A stretch of 64,000 nt of DNA from Antedon mediterranea (lineage: Eukaryota; Animalia; Echinodermata). The stretch is taken from contig NC_092677.1 of NCBI RefSeq assembly GCF_964355755.1, positions 7,710,101-7,774,100 of the forward strand, given 5' to 3'. The position numbers were made by a program, and so were the translations under genes. Below are positions 51,838 through 64,000 of the stretch, in pieces. Positions within the stretch are counted from its first letter, which is position 1. Every line of letters starts with the position of its first letter. Under the pieces are notes generated by a model. It did no database searches. It saw only the letters and a program-made list of their open reading frames with translations, and was not told the origin of the DNA.

Positions 51838-54800
51838 TTTTTTAATTTGATAGTCAATAGCTTTGTCAACAATAAATCACGAAAAAAACACTGGGGTAAA
51901 TTTCGTACATAGGTTTTGTGTTGCCAGGAAAATACGAAAAATACAAAACATATAACAAAATATCAACAAACAAAACACATGAAACACAATTTAAATATGG
52001 CTAATCCAATAATAAAATGTATATATGGCTTGTCATAATGCTACTAGAGTCATACGAATAGTTTAGATAAAATAGGAGAATGTGTTGCCAGGTTTATTTC
52101 AATTAATTGCCAGAAAAACAGTATTTTGCATTGAAATATTTAGTTGATGGAAAATAATGTTAAACTTGGAAATAATTGAGTCAATGGTTTTTATAAATTT
52201 TTAAATCTATTTTGTGTAAAGAGATACAGAAAGACCTCCCAAAAAATCTGACCTTGTAAATAGGTCATTTGAGGTCAAAAGGGGTCAGAATGCAAAACAG
52301 GACAGGTCCCACTTTACTACAACTATTAATGTTTGATCAAAATTTACAAGATAGTTCATAACAATTCTCAACAATTTTCATATTTTACCTATAGTGTTAC
52401 CTTAGCAACCATTTCTATGTGTAACTAAGGAAAGTAATTTTTTAAAAAACGTAAAAAATGGCGTTTTTATAAATACAAAGAATTGATTGCATTTGTAATT
52501 TTTCTCAATTTGACTTCTACTGCATTCCATTAATGACAAACTTGACCTTGTAAATTAATTCATTTTGAGGTCAACATTTTACCATAGTAACTGTTTCTAT
52601 GCGAAAATTTAAAAAAAATAAGGGGTTTTTCATAAATACAAAACATTTTTTCTACATAGTTTTACATTTCTACTTTTTGCCAAATTTACTTTAAACACTG
52701 AATCCTAATAATCTCAGAAAGAAAGTCTTGACGAATCTGAATAAAGGTAAAAAAGCGTTTAGTGTTATCTTAAACCTGTTTACGTAACAAATGATATTTA
52801 AAAAAAAAATTAAATATGGAGTTTCATGAAAAAAAAAATATTTTACATATTGAGGTCAAATGACATCAACATTTTACCTATAGTGTATTGTAGCAACTGT
52901 TTCTATACGTAACTAAGTACAATATTTTTAATATGGGGTTTCATGACTACAAACAATTGATTACATAGCTTTACTACCTTTTTCCAAATTTACTTATCTA
53001 CTGAATCCCAGAAAATGTCTGACCTTGTGAAAGGGTCATTTGTTGGGTCAAGTTATGTCAAAATGTATTATTTATGTTATCTTAGAACCTGTTTCTATGC
53101 GTAACTAAGGATAATTGTTTTTTTAAATACAGTTGAACCTCCCGTAAGCGGCCACCCTCGGGACCTGGAAAAGTGGCCGCTTACGGGCGGTGACCCCTTA
53201 CGGGAGGTTCTGCCGATAAAGGGCCAAAATCACTTATTATAGCTATATACGATATTCTTAACGAAACGAGCGTCTCAATTTTCCAGCTAATTGTAGGCCT
53301 ATTATTATTTATAATCAGGTGGTTTAGTATTTTTTAGCATTTTCAGACAAATTTTAAAAACTTTTATCATATGAAAAATGGTCGGTCAAAATCTGTGTAG
53401 TTTTCTCATCTCTTCACAGTAATGTTTTTAAAACCTCTTCAAAATAAAGCTAATATATAAAGAAATACAATAAACATGCACCTCTAATTCATAGGTCCAT
53501 GCAATAAGTATCACATTTTTCGATTGGCCGCTTACAAAAAATCTCATTTTTAGTATAAAAAGGTGCCCGCAGCTGCTTACGGTAAGCACCAAATGCACTA
53601 ATTAGATAGGAAGAACAAACAGGCTTTTCAAAGTGCGTCCGTTAAGGGAGGTGGCCGCTGTAAATAAAATATGGGGTTTTCATGAATAAAAATAATCACA
53701 GAAGAAAGTGCTTACGAATATGACCTTGTGAAACGGTAATTTGAAAATGCAAATAAGGCATGCCTGCTAATAATCTACAAATTTAAATTTGTATGAGATA
53801 AATATGCAAAATCTAAAGAATATCTCATTTTTAGTTACCATAGTAACTGGTGCTATGCATAACTAAGAGAAATTAAATAATTATCAGATAATTATTAATT
53901 AATAATTAATACTGAATCCAACCATCACATTAAAAAAAATATAGAATTTAAAACCAATATTTAATAATAAAGTGTGATATTTTACATGCTGACCTTAAAT
54001 GAAATGAAATTTCAAATCAGGGCTTCAATATTTGTTATGTAGCATTAACATACCTGAGTATATCATTGACTTTTGATTGGTTCTATTTTGGGGAGGGGAA
54101 AGTGGTGGATCCAGGACTTTTAAATAGTTAGGTGGTTGAAGGCGAGGGTCTAAAAACTTAACTTTATGTCCTATCTTTTGCATTGCAATTTTTAACTTGG
54201 GGTGGGTGGGGGCTTGGAGAAAGGGGAGGGTGGGATGGAGTGGGATGGAGGAGTTGGAATCCGTCTATTCTTTGGGGCGATGGTAGCGGCAGTGTGGGTG
54301 GTGCTTGAATGCATGCATTTGACACTCTATAGTGGATGATCGACCAAAGTGTTGCAGTTTATCTTTTTGTGGTTATAGTCGGGGGGGGGGGGAGGGGTGG
54401 TAGTCGAAAGTGGTGGTGGATGGGCATGTGGGATCTGCTTAGGTTAGCAAATAAAAGAAGTAAACAAATGAAAGAGGAGCTTCAAAATAAGAGAGGAGTA
54501 ATCTGTTGCAAAGATTAAAATTCACAACGATCTGATAATTTATTCAAATTTCCAGAGGATATAACCTATAAAATGACATTAAAACTGGGAATTACAGAAT
54601 CTATAATTAAAAAATAAATTTTTTTCTCACAACATAACTAGAACTATATAAAACATTAAGAATTTTTCTGACCAATGAGTTTCAAATCAAATAATCAAAG
54701 AAAATAAAATGTTTTTACTAATATACCATGTTTTTTTTTTATAAAAATGCCTATGTTTCTCGCAACACTGCTTGTAGATTTTAAATTTACCCCAGTATTT

Positions 54801-55298
54801 TATTTTAGAAAACAATTATTAAACATTAGAACTACCTATTTGTAATAAATCAGCTAAAAAAATACACCACTTTGGGCGTTATGGTGAAGTAAAGTTTAGT
54901 TGCATTGAACAATTTTAAAAAAGTGAAAAACACCCCTTTTTAAATAAATGGTATCTCCCAAAGTATGAAATAAAAAAAAATAAAAAAATTTGAAACAGGT
55001 ACACAATGCATTGTTATTATGCATACACTAATTATTTTTTATAATTAAATGAACAACACAAAAATATCGTTCATCAAAGTAGTACCAATATCCATTTTAA
55101 AAAACCTTAAAAAAGGACAAAATTTGTCAAAAACACAAATTTGGCCGTTGCCATGGAAATATACGTGTGAAATAAAAAATACTTCATATTTGATTTCTCT
55201 CAACACATATATAGCCATGTGCAAAATTTGAAAGAAATCCATTTTTTTGAGTCTGCCACTCTTTTTGATATTTCTCTGATTCTTACAGACAATGGCTC
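51396..55298. mobile_element. Non-autonomous Kolobok-like DNA transposon (TTAA TSD, long imperfect TIRs)
   Basis: TTAA|gagccattgtctgtaa ... ttacagacaatggctc|TTAA; inverted similarity continues several hundred bp (ctggggtaaattt/aaatttaccccag, caaagtggtgt/acaccactttg); internal tgaccttgt subrepeats. Confidence 0.8.
53130..53660. mobile_element. Tc1/mariner (pogo/Tigger-type) MITE remnant nested in the Kolobok-like element
   Basis: TA|cagttgaacctcccgtaagcggccacc left end with gtggccgcttacggg palindromes; right end truncated. Confidence 0.6.
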
Positions 55299-55757
55299 TT
55301 AAGTATTTGTATAACCATGAAGCTATAAAATTGTATAGCTCCATGGTATAACAATGCATTTATATAATAATAAAGTAATACTTTATATTATACACAAAAC
55401 GAAATAAACAAAATGATTAATCAAACAGCAAATATTTTTGAATCGATAATAACTACAACTATTCTACTACTCAATTATTTAATAAAGCATATTATGCAAT
55501 TGTTTGATATCAAGTGATTTTTAAATAATAGTAATGCATAGGGCCTATAAAGCGCTATAAAATAAGAACGACATCGCATTATTATTTATGCTACATAAGA
55601 CCCAATTGGAAATTAATTATGTTCTTCTTTGTATATATATATATTATATTTTTTATCATAATATAAATCAGCCTACAAAAAAGAACGTCAGCCGTTATAG
55701 AATTGTTTGAACTGGATTAGATGATAACATGATTACCCCTTTTCACTTTGATTATAG

Positions 55758-57640
55758 GTTGGAATTAGGCATTCTGGTTTTAAGCATTGGTGCAGGCCTA
55801 GTACACAGTGATTCGTGTAAGTATAATTAAAATAGACTGATCTTTCATACAGTAAAATTATACATTATAATCATGATTCTTTTAAAAATACTTCAAACCT
55901 TCTGTTGGATTATAATGGCTGTTTCCATCGTGCATTATGCATCCTGCTGTGTGTGATGTTGATGCATGTGGTCTACTGTCCTTTAAACGAAAACAATGTA
56001 TTTTTACAAATTCAAAAGACTGATTATAGGTTTAAAAATATTATAATACAAATCCGTAATTTAAGAAGTCTGAGTATACTGTAATATTAAGTGGCAATTA
56101 AAACTTAATGTATTGTATTATTGATTGATTGATTGAAATATATATTTATACTGGGTAACCTCTTCAGTCAAAGACTGGTCTCCCAGAGGGCCCAGTTGGT
56201 GATCAGTGGCTGTGATGTACTAATACACCGGGGTAACCCCCTACTCGTCTCGAAAGATGTACTAGGTTCTTTAAAGTGCACACGAGCAAGTTGTGTACAC
56301 TGGACCTACGGTTTATAGTCCTTATCCGAGAATTATCTGAATTAACTATACAGCCTAGAGAAATATAAACAGTCTGATAGCAAGTTACCAAAGACAGTAA
56401 ACTTCAATTAAATTATTCTACATTAAACATTTTTTAACAAACATTTTTTTTTATTATAGCGACTGATAATGTGATTCGTTTCTGCCCCGGCGAAGACATT
56501 GTTATAAACTGTGGTAGAATCGACGAGAACCCACTATCACTGAGATGGCGTGTAGATGATGAATTTGTGTCCAGCTATTCAGGGACCAACAACAAATTTG
56601 TAGATTTCAATGAAACCATGTTTCAAATTCAGAAAGAAACATTTTCATTGAAGGTCTGCGGTACGTCAAAATCCGAAAAATATGAGTGTACAGTGCTTGA
56701 TACCAAAAATAATTTCCACACGGTAGTGTGGACAACACAACCACACGGTAAGTACGGTAGATCAAGAATAATTACTAGCTAAACATATTACCTAAAGAAG
56801 TATTATGCCAACATCTTTGCGTATATTACTTTGACCTTTATAGATAGAAACACAAGATTAATAATTTTAAATAGTTATTAGATGCCGATAACCTTATCTT
56901 AAACATGGACAAAGACAGTGATTGCTTTGTAAATATGGTACCTTTAGGGTTTTTTATGATATATTTTTTTTCTAGTGCTTAACTATTAAAAAAAATATAT
57001 ACTGTACATATTGTTAATATTTAATGTTGATGTTTTTTTTTTCTTCTTTTTGAACGCACCATGCACACATGGTTTTGGTTTTGTAAGTGTCCGAAATAAG
57101 TAAATAAATCACAATTGATTGTTTATTTATAATTGCAGATCTACCTTATTTCTCAACCGAATGCAATTTTTGCTCTATCGATGGAGTACCCATTCGGTTG
57201 ACATGCAGCGTTGGTAACCTTACTCAGGAAGCAGATGCCCATATCCATTGGACATTGGAAGATGAAATGAATATTATCACATCTTTTGAAGCCGGTGTTC
57301 TGACATCAAGCTTTATGGCAGATGATGAAAAAGTGAAGTTTATCGTTGGAACACATGGTGTTGGGTGCACAATGGTTGGAAAATGCCATTCTGAATCAAT
57401 AAAATTCAAGTTTCCGAAGGGCTGTGGGAGGGTAAGATATAGGCTTTAAATTGGAATCTCAGAAATAAGAAAGACTAAACAAACACATTATTCAATCGAT
57501 TAATTATTTTTGTTTATCTTTTGACTTACTGAAAACGTATCTGTAGGCCCTAATGAACGCTTTCTTATTTGTTTAATAGTTTTTGTCACCGATTTAGTCT
57601 CATAATAGTTTATTTTTCTGTTTTTTTATAGATTCCATAA
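55758..57640 (+). CDS. Two-Ig-domain protein, paralog of 18352-20255, apparently secreted (~216 aa); first exon lies upstream
   Basis: Exons 55758-55816, 56460-56747, 57139-57431, 57632-57640 in frame: (M)LELGILVLSIGAGLVHS; Ig1 FCPGEDIVINC..LRWRV..SLKV..YECTV..WTT; Ig2 RLTCSVGNL..HIHWT..GVLTS..GCTMVGKCHSESI; ends KGCGRIP*. Confidence 0.78.
56118..56345 (-). mobile_element. SINE fragment in intron (core resembles Nin-type conserved SINE domain)
   Basis: (attg)n tail at the left; GC-richer core ggttctttaaagtgcacacg...acctacggtttatagtccttatccga. Family assignment is from recollection, not a search. Confidence 0.45.
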
Positions 57641-58289
57641 GCAGTAGAACATTTCTGAAATGTGACATCCTGTATTTGTATTCATGATGAACTGATTGAT
57701 CTATTATTTACGCTGTTTTTTTGTTTAATTTAATTAAATTTAATCTCGGTGATATTTAGATTAATTACAAAATGTTTTCATGTATGGAAATTTGTTTATA
57801 TAGACGAAATGCTTTAAAAATGAAATTTAGAACTTAAAACACATAGGTAAAATCAATACGTTTTGTAACATATGTTAATAGATTTTCACCAAACAAGGAA
57901 AAGCTGAAGAAGAAGCTGACACCGTCAATTCGCATTTTAAATTATTAGTAGGGTCCTTACAATTGTTGCAAAAATGTTATAGCTTTTATGTGCCATCACT
58001 ATTACATGATATGCGCAAATATTGGTTGTTTTTAACCATTGACTCTTCGACCCATTTTAAAAATGTTCAGATATAAAACTATAGCCTATTTACACAAAAC
58101 CTGCTATTATTTCATCACACGGCGACATGTAGTTAATTTATGTTATACGTTACACGTTATAAAAACCGCTACTTATAATAAATAAACCAAATTGGCTACT
58201 TGACTCGTTTTTCAATTTCTTTGTCTTTGTTTTGTGTTTGTTGATCAGATGTTTGCCTACTCTGACGTAATTGTGTACATTGACAACAT

Positions 58290-58360
58290 TTTCCCGGGCG
58301 GAACTCGAACCCATGACCCCAAGATCACTCGCCTGGCGTTCAATCATTAACCCTGCGCGT
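58290..58360 (-). mobile_element. tRNA-derived SINE head remnant
   Basis: Minus strand ggggtcatgggttcgagttccgcccgggaa (B box); no complete cloverleaf. Confidence 0.45.
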
Positions 58361-58658
58361 ATCAACTTTTTACTTGGGGTACGCTATACTCATTTCCTCC
58401 TCCTCTTCCATCTGGACACTATTGAGCCAACTTTCAAATCCTACTAGTTCTTTACGCGTCGTTTGACGGCTCTTAAACATGGCATGCATATACTAGGGTA
58501 ATTGGTGAACAAAGCTATAGAGAGAAAATGTTCGTACTTCAACTGGATGCAGAATTATGACGTCATAAACATAGTACCAATCGAAAAAATTGCGATTTAT
58601 AAAGTATTACTCCTTCCTTTTTCGTTGTAGTATTGAGCTGGGATTTGGCATGGGTATA

Positions 58659-60060
58659 CTATTATTATTATCTTTTATTGACAACTGGGGATAACAGTGT
58701 CCAACATGGCATACAAATAGTAGGCGATACAAGCATGAAAATAGCAATAACAACTTAAATAATATTTTCACTAACTTTAAGAACTTTAAAAACAAATGTT
58801 GACAGTAATAAAGGTTCAATAGAGAATAAAACCACAAGTCTATGGCAATGTATATTACAAGTTTGGCGTATGTGTGCAGTAAATGGGCATTCACATAATG
58901 CGTGAAGCTCGGTCTGCACTTTGCCGCATTTAAAAAGACGTTCATCGGGTGGCGTGAGAGACCACCTCCCAGTTTCTAAGGTTATGCGATATAAGTCGTA
59001 AACGTAAGAAAGCTAACCTTTCATGCTCAGGTACATTATGATCAAAATACATCGGATGAATATCGAGAGAAGGATTTAAAGTGAGACAATATGTACTAAG
59101 TTTAGTACGCTTGGATTCTAATACACGGTTACGGATTCTAGTTATATCATTATTAAGGTGATCAGAAATTTCTAAAATACTACAAACATAACGATAAAAT
59201 GGAGTTTGAGCAAGTCGACATATTGACCATGCTAACATGAACGGGTCATCATTCATATTCTCCCTTTCATTTAATATTTTATTAAGAAACTTATATTGAA
59301 CCTGCTTTAACATGCCGTCAATTGACGGATAACCTAGTTCGATCAAACAAATATCATTAGCTGTAGATGATCTAACTCCTAAAAGTACTTTTATCGCTGA
59401 CATATACAATACCTGATAATAGATTTAAATGAATTTGACATCCATGATTCACAACTATATAATATACTGGACATTAAAGCAGCATCGAAGACGTTTCTTT
59501 TTATATTAAATGGGTATTTACAATTTGTACGAACAAAGGCTACACATTTAAATAGGTGGCTCCGCTTAATATTACAATGAGCTCTAATAGCGGATTCCAA
59601 CCGACCATCAGATGTAAATGTTGCACCCAGGTATACATATTTATCACAATGTTCAATTACTTTATCATCTTTACAACATATGGCGGCTCTGTCATAATTA
59701 TCACCATTAATAACCATCAACTTGGTTTTCTTTGCATTAATAATCATACCAGAGCTAGTACAGAATTGCATTAAATGATCTGGCTTGGCCAGAAATTTAT
59801 CTCGAGAGGTAGCTAATATAACTGTATCATCCATTAACATTAGGCCTAAACAGTGTAGTGATTTAAGAAAACCATCCGGTGCAAATTTTTCTGCAAACCC
59901 ACGGATAAGGGGGTTTACAAAGGCTGTAAATAAAAAACATGACGTAGGAGCTCCCTGACGGAGACCACGTGTACACGGAATTATTGATGATCCAAATACT
60001 AAATTAGTAACATTATACATAGAAGCAATAGCCCTTAGCATCTTGTATCCACATCCAAAC
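58659..60060 (-). mobile_element. 5'-truncated, frameshifted LINE, RTE-X-like
   Basis: GLRQGAPTSCFLF, LMDDTVILA, INAKKTKLMVI, YVYLGATFT, SSILYSCESW, LLGVRSST..ELG, LRLISHNL; AATAAA and (TAA)n tail near 58660-58680. Confidence 0.8.
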
Positions 60061-62079
60061 GATCGATCAATTTAGCCGTAGGCCTATTTGGTAGCGAGGT
60101 TTCTGCATAACGCAATTTAACCGGTTATTTTAAAATAGATTAAAAATAGATAACAATAACTATGTGACGTTATGACGTCATTACCGCTTGTTTTGCTGTA
60201 CGCCGAATATTGCACATTCGTGCTTGTTTATTTTATTTATTTGTTTATCTATCAAATGGAGCGCTATGCTGTTTTATACTGATATAAGCTGAGAACATAG
60301 CGTTATATTTCAATAATCAACAAAACTACCCTTTTTTGTTGCGAGCTATAACATTACGCATAAACATAACGTTTTTGTAATCGTTATTATAGTTTAGATA
60401 CCGATTGATTAACATTATCACATGGCATAGCATAATATGTATACTTTAGTTTGAAAAAAAAAACAACAATTTTCACTGGATGTGCGTAAAAATAAACCAT
60501 TATTAATAGAGGCCTACCTGAAACTTGTCACATAACATTCGGATGCGCGTCTTTTTTAGCTTAAGAGCTTAATATTACCGGTAATCATAATTGATAAAAA
60601 TGTATCTATATAAATACATACTAATAACACATTATATATAAATACTGAAGTTTATACAGTTTTTGGTAATGATTAAAAAACCTCCTTTATTCACATTACA
60701 TTAGCGCAAACAATGAAACTTAGGCCTATTTCTATAATTTCATAAACTATTACTAAATCACTGTTGACATATTTTTAAAATAGCGCGACGTGTCTGCCCA
60801 GGTGGTGATTCTAATAATAAAAAAAAAATACTTACGTAAGAACAACAAGAAACCTAACTTCATGCCGAATGCTTTTCTTCGAGTGAATGCTTTATTTTCT
60901 AAGCTAGTCATATACATATGTTTTATTTTTGGTTCTCGGTTTCACCATTGATTTTGTGTATACAATAATGACTATTCAGTGTTTTTTTTTATCAATTGTA
61001 TACATTTATTGGATACCGTAATTGTGGTGACGTGCACAAAGAACATTTAATGCCGGGCCTAAACAACGTTTAATGGCCTTAACTTTTCATGATTTTATAT
61101 CACATATGTGCCATAGGCTTGTGTTATTACGATCGACTAAACTAAGTCGGCCTTTTCGCTTATTATTAGTCAGAGAAGATTGAAATTTCATTATTCCGTG
61201 GTTTATTATTTGTATGGTGTTTTTTATCGAGAATTAACTCCACAACTCCTGTTATGACCATCTAAATATTTCATCCCAAAAAAACTAAATAGAACTCTTG
61301 GTTCGCTCTCGGACGCAACATAATGACGTAAGCGCAAAATGATGATCCATCGCATCGTGATTGGTCAACTTATTTACATTGCGATTACGTCATTGCTTAA
61401 TTTGAAATAAATAATAAAAAGACATAAATGCAATGTTTAAGAATAAACCTTACAGATAGGTCGCATTAAATGCATAACATTGCTACGAACCATTGCGCGG
61501 TTTACTAAAATTTTAAAATGCAAGTTATCGTCCTGTATTAGTGCGCCTGTGCAAGTGGTTGCATGACGTCGTTTCTGACAGTCCTTACTACTACTGTGTA
61601 TTTGTTACGCAAAACTCATCTGGACTATGCTAATAAAAAAACCGTTTGTATACATATGTTTATCTATTAATTTTGCTGATAATGGTGACTCTATTAAGAT
61701 GTATACAGAACAACAACACTTTAATTTTCTGTAGGCCTCAAGTACAAATTATTACACCTTAATTCAACCATTGTTTATGGGCAAACATCTTACCTTGATT
61801 GTTGCTCGACAGAGCAGTAACTGAAAGGTCTAAACGCTCATTTTTGCTATAATCGTTTTCGACAGTTTTTCTATTATAATAGGCCCTAATCAATACCAAG
61901 AACTTGTTTACATTATAGCAAAGTAATATTTTTCAGGTTACAATTAAGTAGGCCTACTGTATATTTTTATTTAACAAAACATCGTCGTCTCATGAGAATA
62001 AACATAATAATGAATATAAAAAACGAACTAATCGCTCAGACAAATGCCAACGTATGGCAAGCCTCAGCTGTCTGAAGTA

Positions 62080-62400
62080 TTCAAAATATTATATTATTAT
62101 ATCATTTTTTTATTATATTATATATTTTATTGTAATGAATTATACGTTTTGCATTATATTACTTGGTTTTAGCATTATATTATATCTATTTCTAATATAT
62201 TATGTGAAAAATGTAACAAATTATTGACTTTTTGTATTATATTATTCGGTTTTGGCATTATATTATGAACATTTGCTATTATATTATTAATAAAATACAT
62301 TATATTATAATATAATTGTATTATATTAAACGCATTTACCTTACTTTATAACATACAACATTATTATATTATACGGATTCGTTAGTTATATTATTATTTT
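62080..62400. repeat. Degenerate (ATTAT)n low-complexity tract
   Basis: Repeated attatattat units. Confidence 0.7.
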
Positions 62401-62539
62401 GTATGATGTTGTTTATACGTCACGGCTTATTTAACTTCTTCTAACTCTTTCTCTCCCCCCCCCCCCCCCCCTGTTCACTAGCAATCAGCGGCAGAATCTG
62501 AATTGTGTGACTGTTGAATAACTAATTATCTTTACTACG

Positions 62540-62860
62540 TACTAGGCATAGGCCTACTAGGGGATCTAGCATAGACGTAGCTAGTTAGACAAGTGACCAA
62601 GGACCACCGGACAGCTACAACTAATACTACAATACAATAATACTACTACAATAACTACTACTGCTACTACCTAGGCCTAGCTAGTAGAGTACTAGGTAGC
62701 TACTACTAGGCTCTAGGTAGGGTGTATGTATGATGTTAACTACTACCTAGGCCTAGGCCTAGGCCTACTAATACTAGGCTAGGCCTAGACTTAAGTTGTA
62801 GTAGGCTAGGGCCTGACCTGCTGCCTTAGGCTAGGCTACTACTACTACTACTACTAGGCA
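62540..62860. repeat. Low-complexity (CTA)n / (TAGGCC)n tract
   Basis: ctactactac runs and ctaggcctaggcctaggcctac. Confidence 0.75.
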
Positions 62861-63199
62861 GCCACAGCCCATGATGGGTACGAGTAAGCCAAAATATAGG
62901 ATATAAGTAAACCAAAATTTGGGTACGAGCGAGTTGGCATGGGTACGGGTTGACCTGTATCCTTCTAGCTAATCGTACTAGGCCTAGGCCTCAAGTAAGT
63001 CTACGCTACCCAGTCCGGCTACAATATGGTCTATTTTGTTTTATAGCTTTATTGATAGCTGGGTTCAAATCTGGGTTGGGACGGCTTTTTCTCATTCAAA
63101 AACAGATTTATTATACGGTTACCCCTTAATTATACTATAGTATAATTTCCTTGTTATATTTTACAATATTTTCTTCATAATTCTACAATTTTGTCTTTC

Positions 63200-63651
63200 A
63201 CAGCACAACTTTATCTTACTGAATCATCACACACCAAGTCTCATAAATCTCTACTGTATTTGTCCAAGCTACTCCAGCTACATGGTATTGCCTTGAGGCT
63301 AAACTACACGGTATACTGGCACTACTATCATTCCTGGCTCGTCAACCTGGACCACATAAGCACAGTTTCAGTTTCAGTTCATTTACCATTTCAATTTCTG
63401 AACATAAGAGATGAACAACTTATATGGATGGATAACCGTAAGAGCAAAGCATGTGGGTTTATACGATTTAAGTATTACTTATTACCGCATATGTCTCCAC
63501 ATTCAGGGATACGCCTTCAAAGTAATGAATAAATAAAAACGAATATATTACCGAAAATTTAAAATAAATACTTACCTAATAGAAATACGACAAATACAAA
63601 AAAAACGTTTTCCACATGTTCGGCATTGATTCGTAGAGTCTTCGGTTTCAT
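63200..63651 (-). pseudogene. Decayed IgSF gene start: signal-peptide exon plus stop-containing V-type Ig exon
   Basis: Exon ending VFVVFLL G|gtaagt at 63576, with NMWK in another frame (cf. NMWKIIRCVVFISG at 29953-30022). Next exon from ttcag|63397 reads EIEM..PG*RARNDSSASIPCSL..VAGVAWT then stops. Confidence 0.5.
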
Positions 63652-64000
63652 TTTGAAATTGTATAAAGGATATAAATATTTGGTAGATGGAATGCAATGA
63701 TTTTCACAAATTTTGTTTACATTACATTAAAAAAAAATATTAAAAAAAAAAATAGAAATTATTTTACAAAATATTATGGGTGCAACATATTAAGAAGATT
63801 ACTCACATAAAACGAACGAAATGTCTAACACCAACACGCCGAAAAACACAAGCTTTCTATGGTTTGATTGATATACAAAGTGTTTGGCTATTATTATTTT
63901 TTTATATTACGGTTGTAAACATTTTTACTTTCATACTGACAATATAAACACAAATTTGTTTCAATTCCAATTCTCCGTTTAACCAGATTGATTTGTAGTA

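Noticed and set aside
59820-59850. LMDD in place of YADD as a novel RT
   Set aside because: Element is truncated and frameshifted; variant xxDD cores occur in LINE families and novelty cannot be judged without a search.
63191-63532. 113-aa plus-strand ORF
   Set aside because: No recognisable domain; antisense to the Ig pseudo-exon.

Overview
AT-rich eukaryotic (animal) genomic DNA with spliceosomal introns, no prokaryotic features. The TAGGCCTA richness and repeat types suggest a marine invertebrate, possibly an echinoderm (inference). All gene models were spliced by hand from donor/acceptor motifs and reading-frame phase. The window holds a cluster of divergent immunoglobulin-superfamily (IgSF) genes: a 2-Ig gene with a GPI-type tail (18352-20255, +); a type I receptor with 3 Ig + FN3 + TM + a tyrosine-motif (ITAM/ITIM-like) tail (24861-30022, -); a 2-Ig paralog of the first gene that appears secreted (exons 55758-57640, +), whose candidate first exon is tandemly quadruplicated (33.4-44.9 kb); and decayed paralogs at both window ends. 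Most of the rest is mobile DNA: a nested array of two related non-autonomous Helentron/Helitron2 families carrying a tRNA-like segment (2057-9822), Helitron-like elements, five decayed LINEs (CR1-, Tx1/L1-, Rex1-, L2- and RTE-X-like), several TIR elements with TSDs, and recent tandem duplications. Paralog comparisons also show recurrent TA to TA(G)GCCTA micro-indels.
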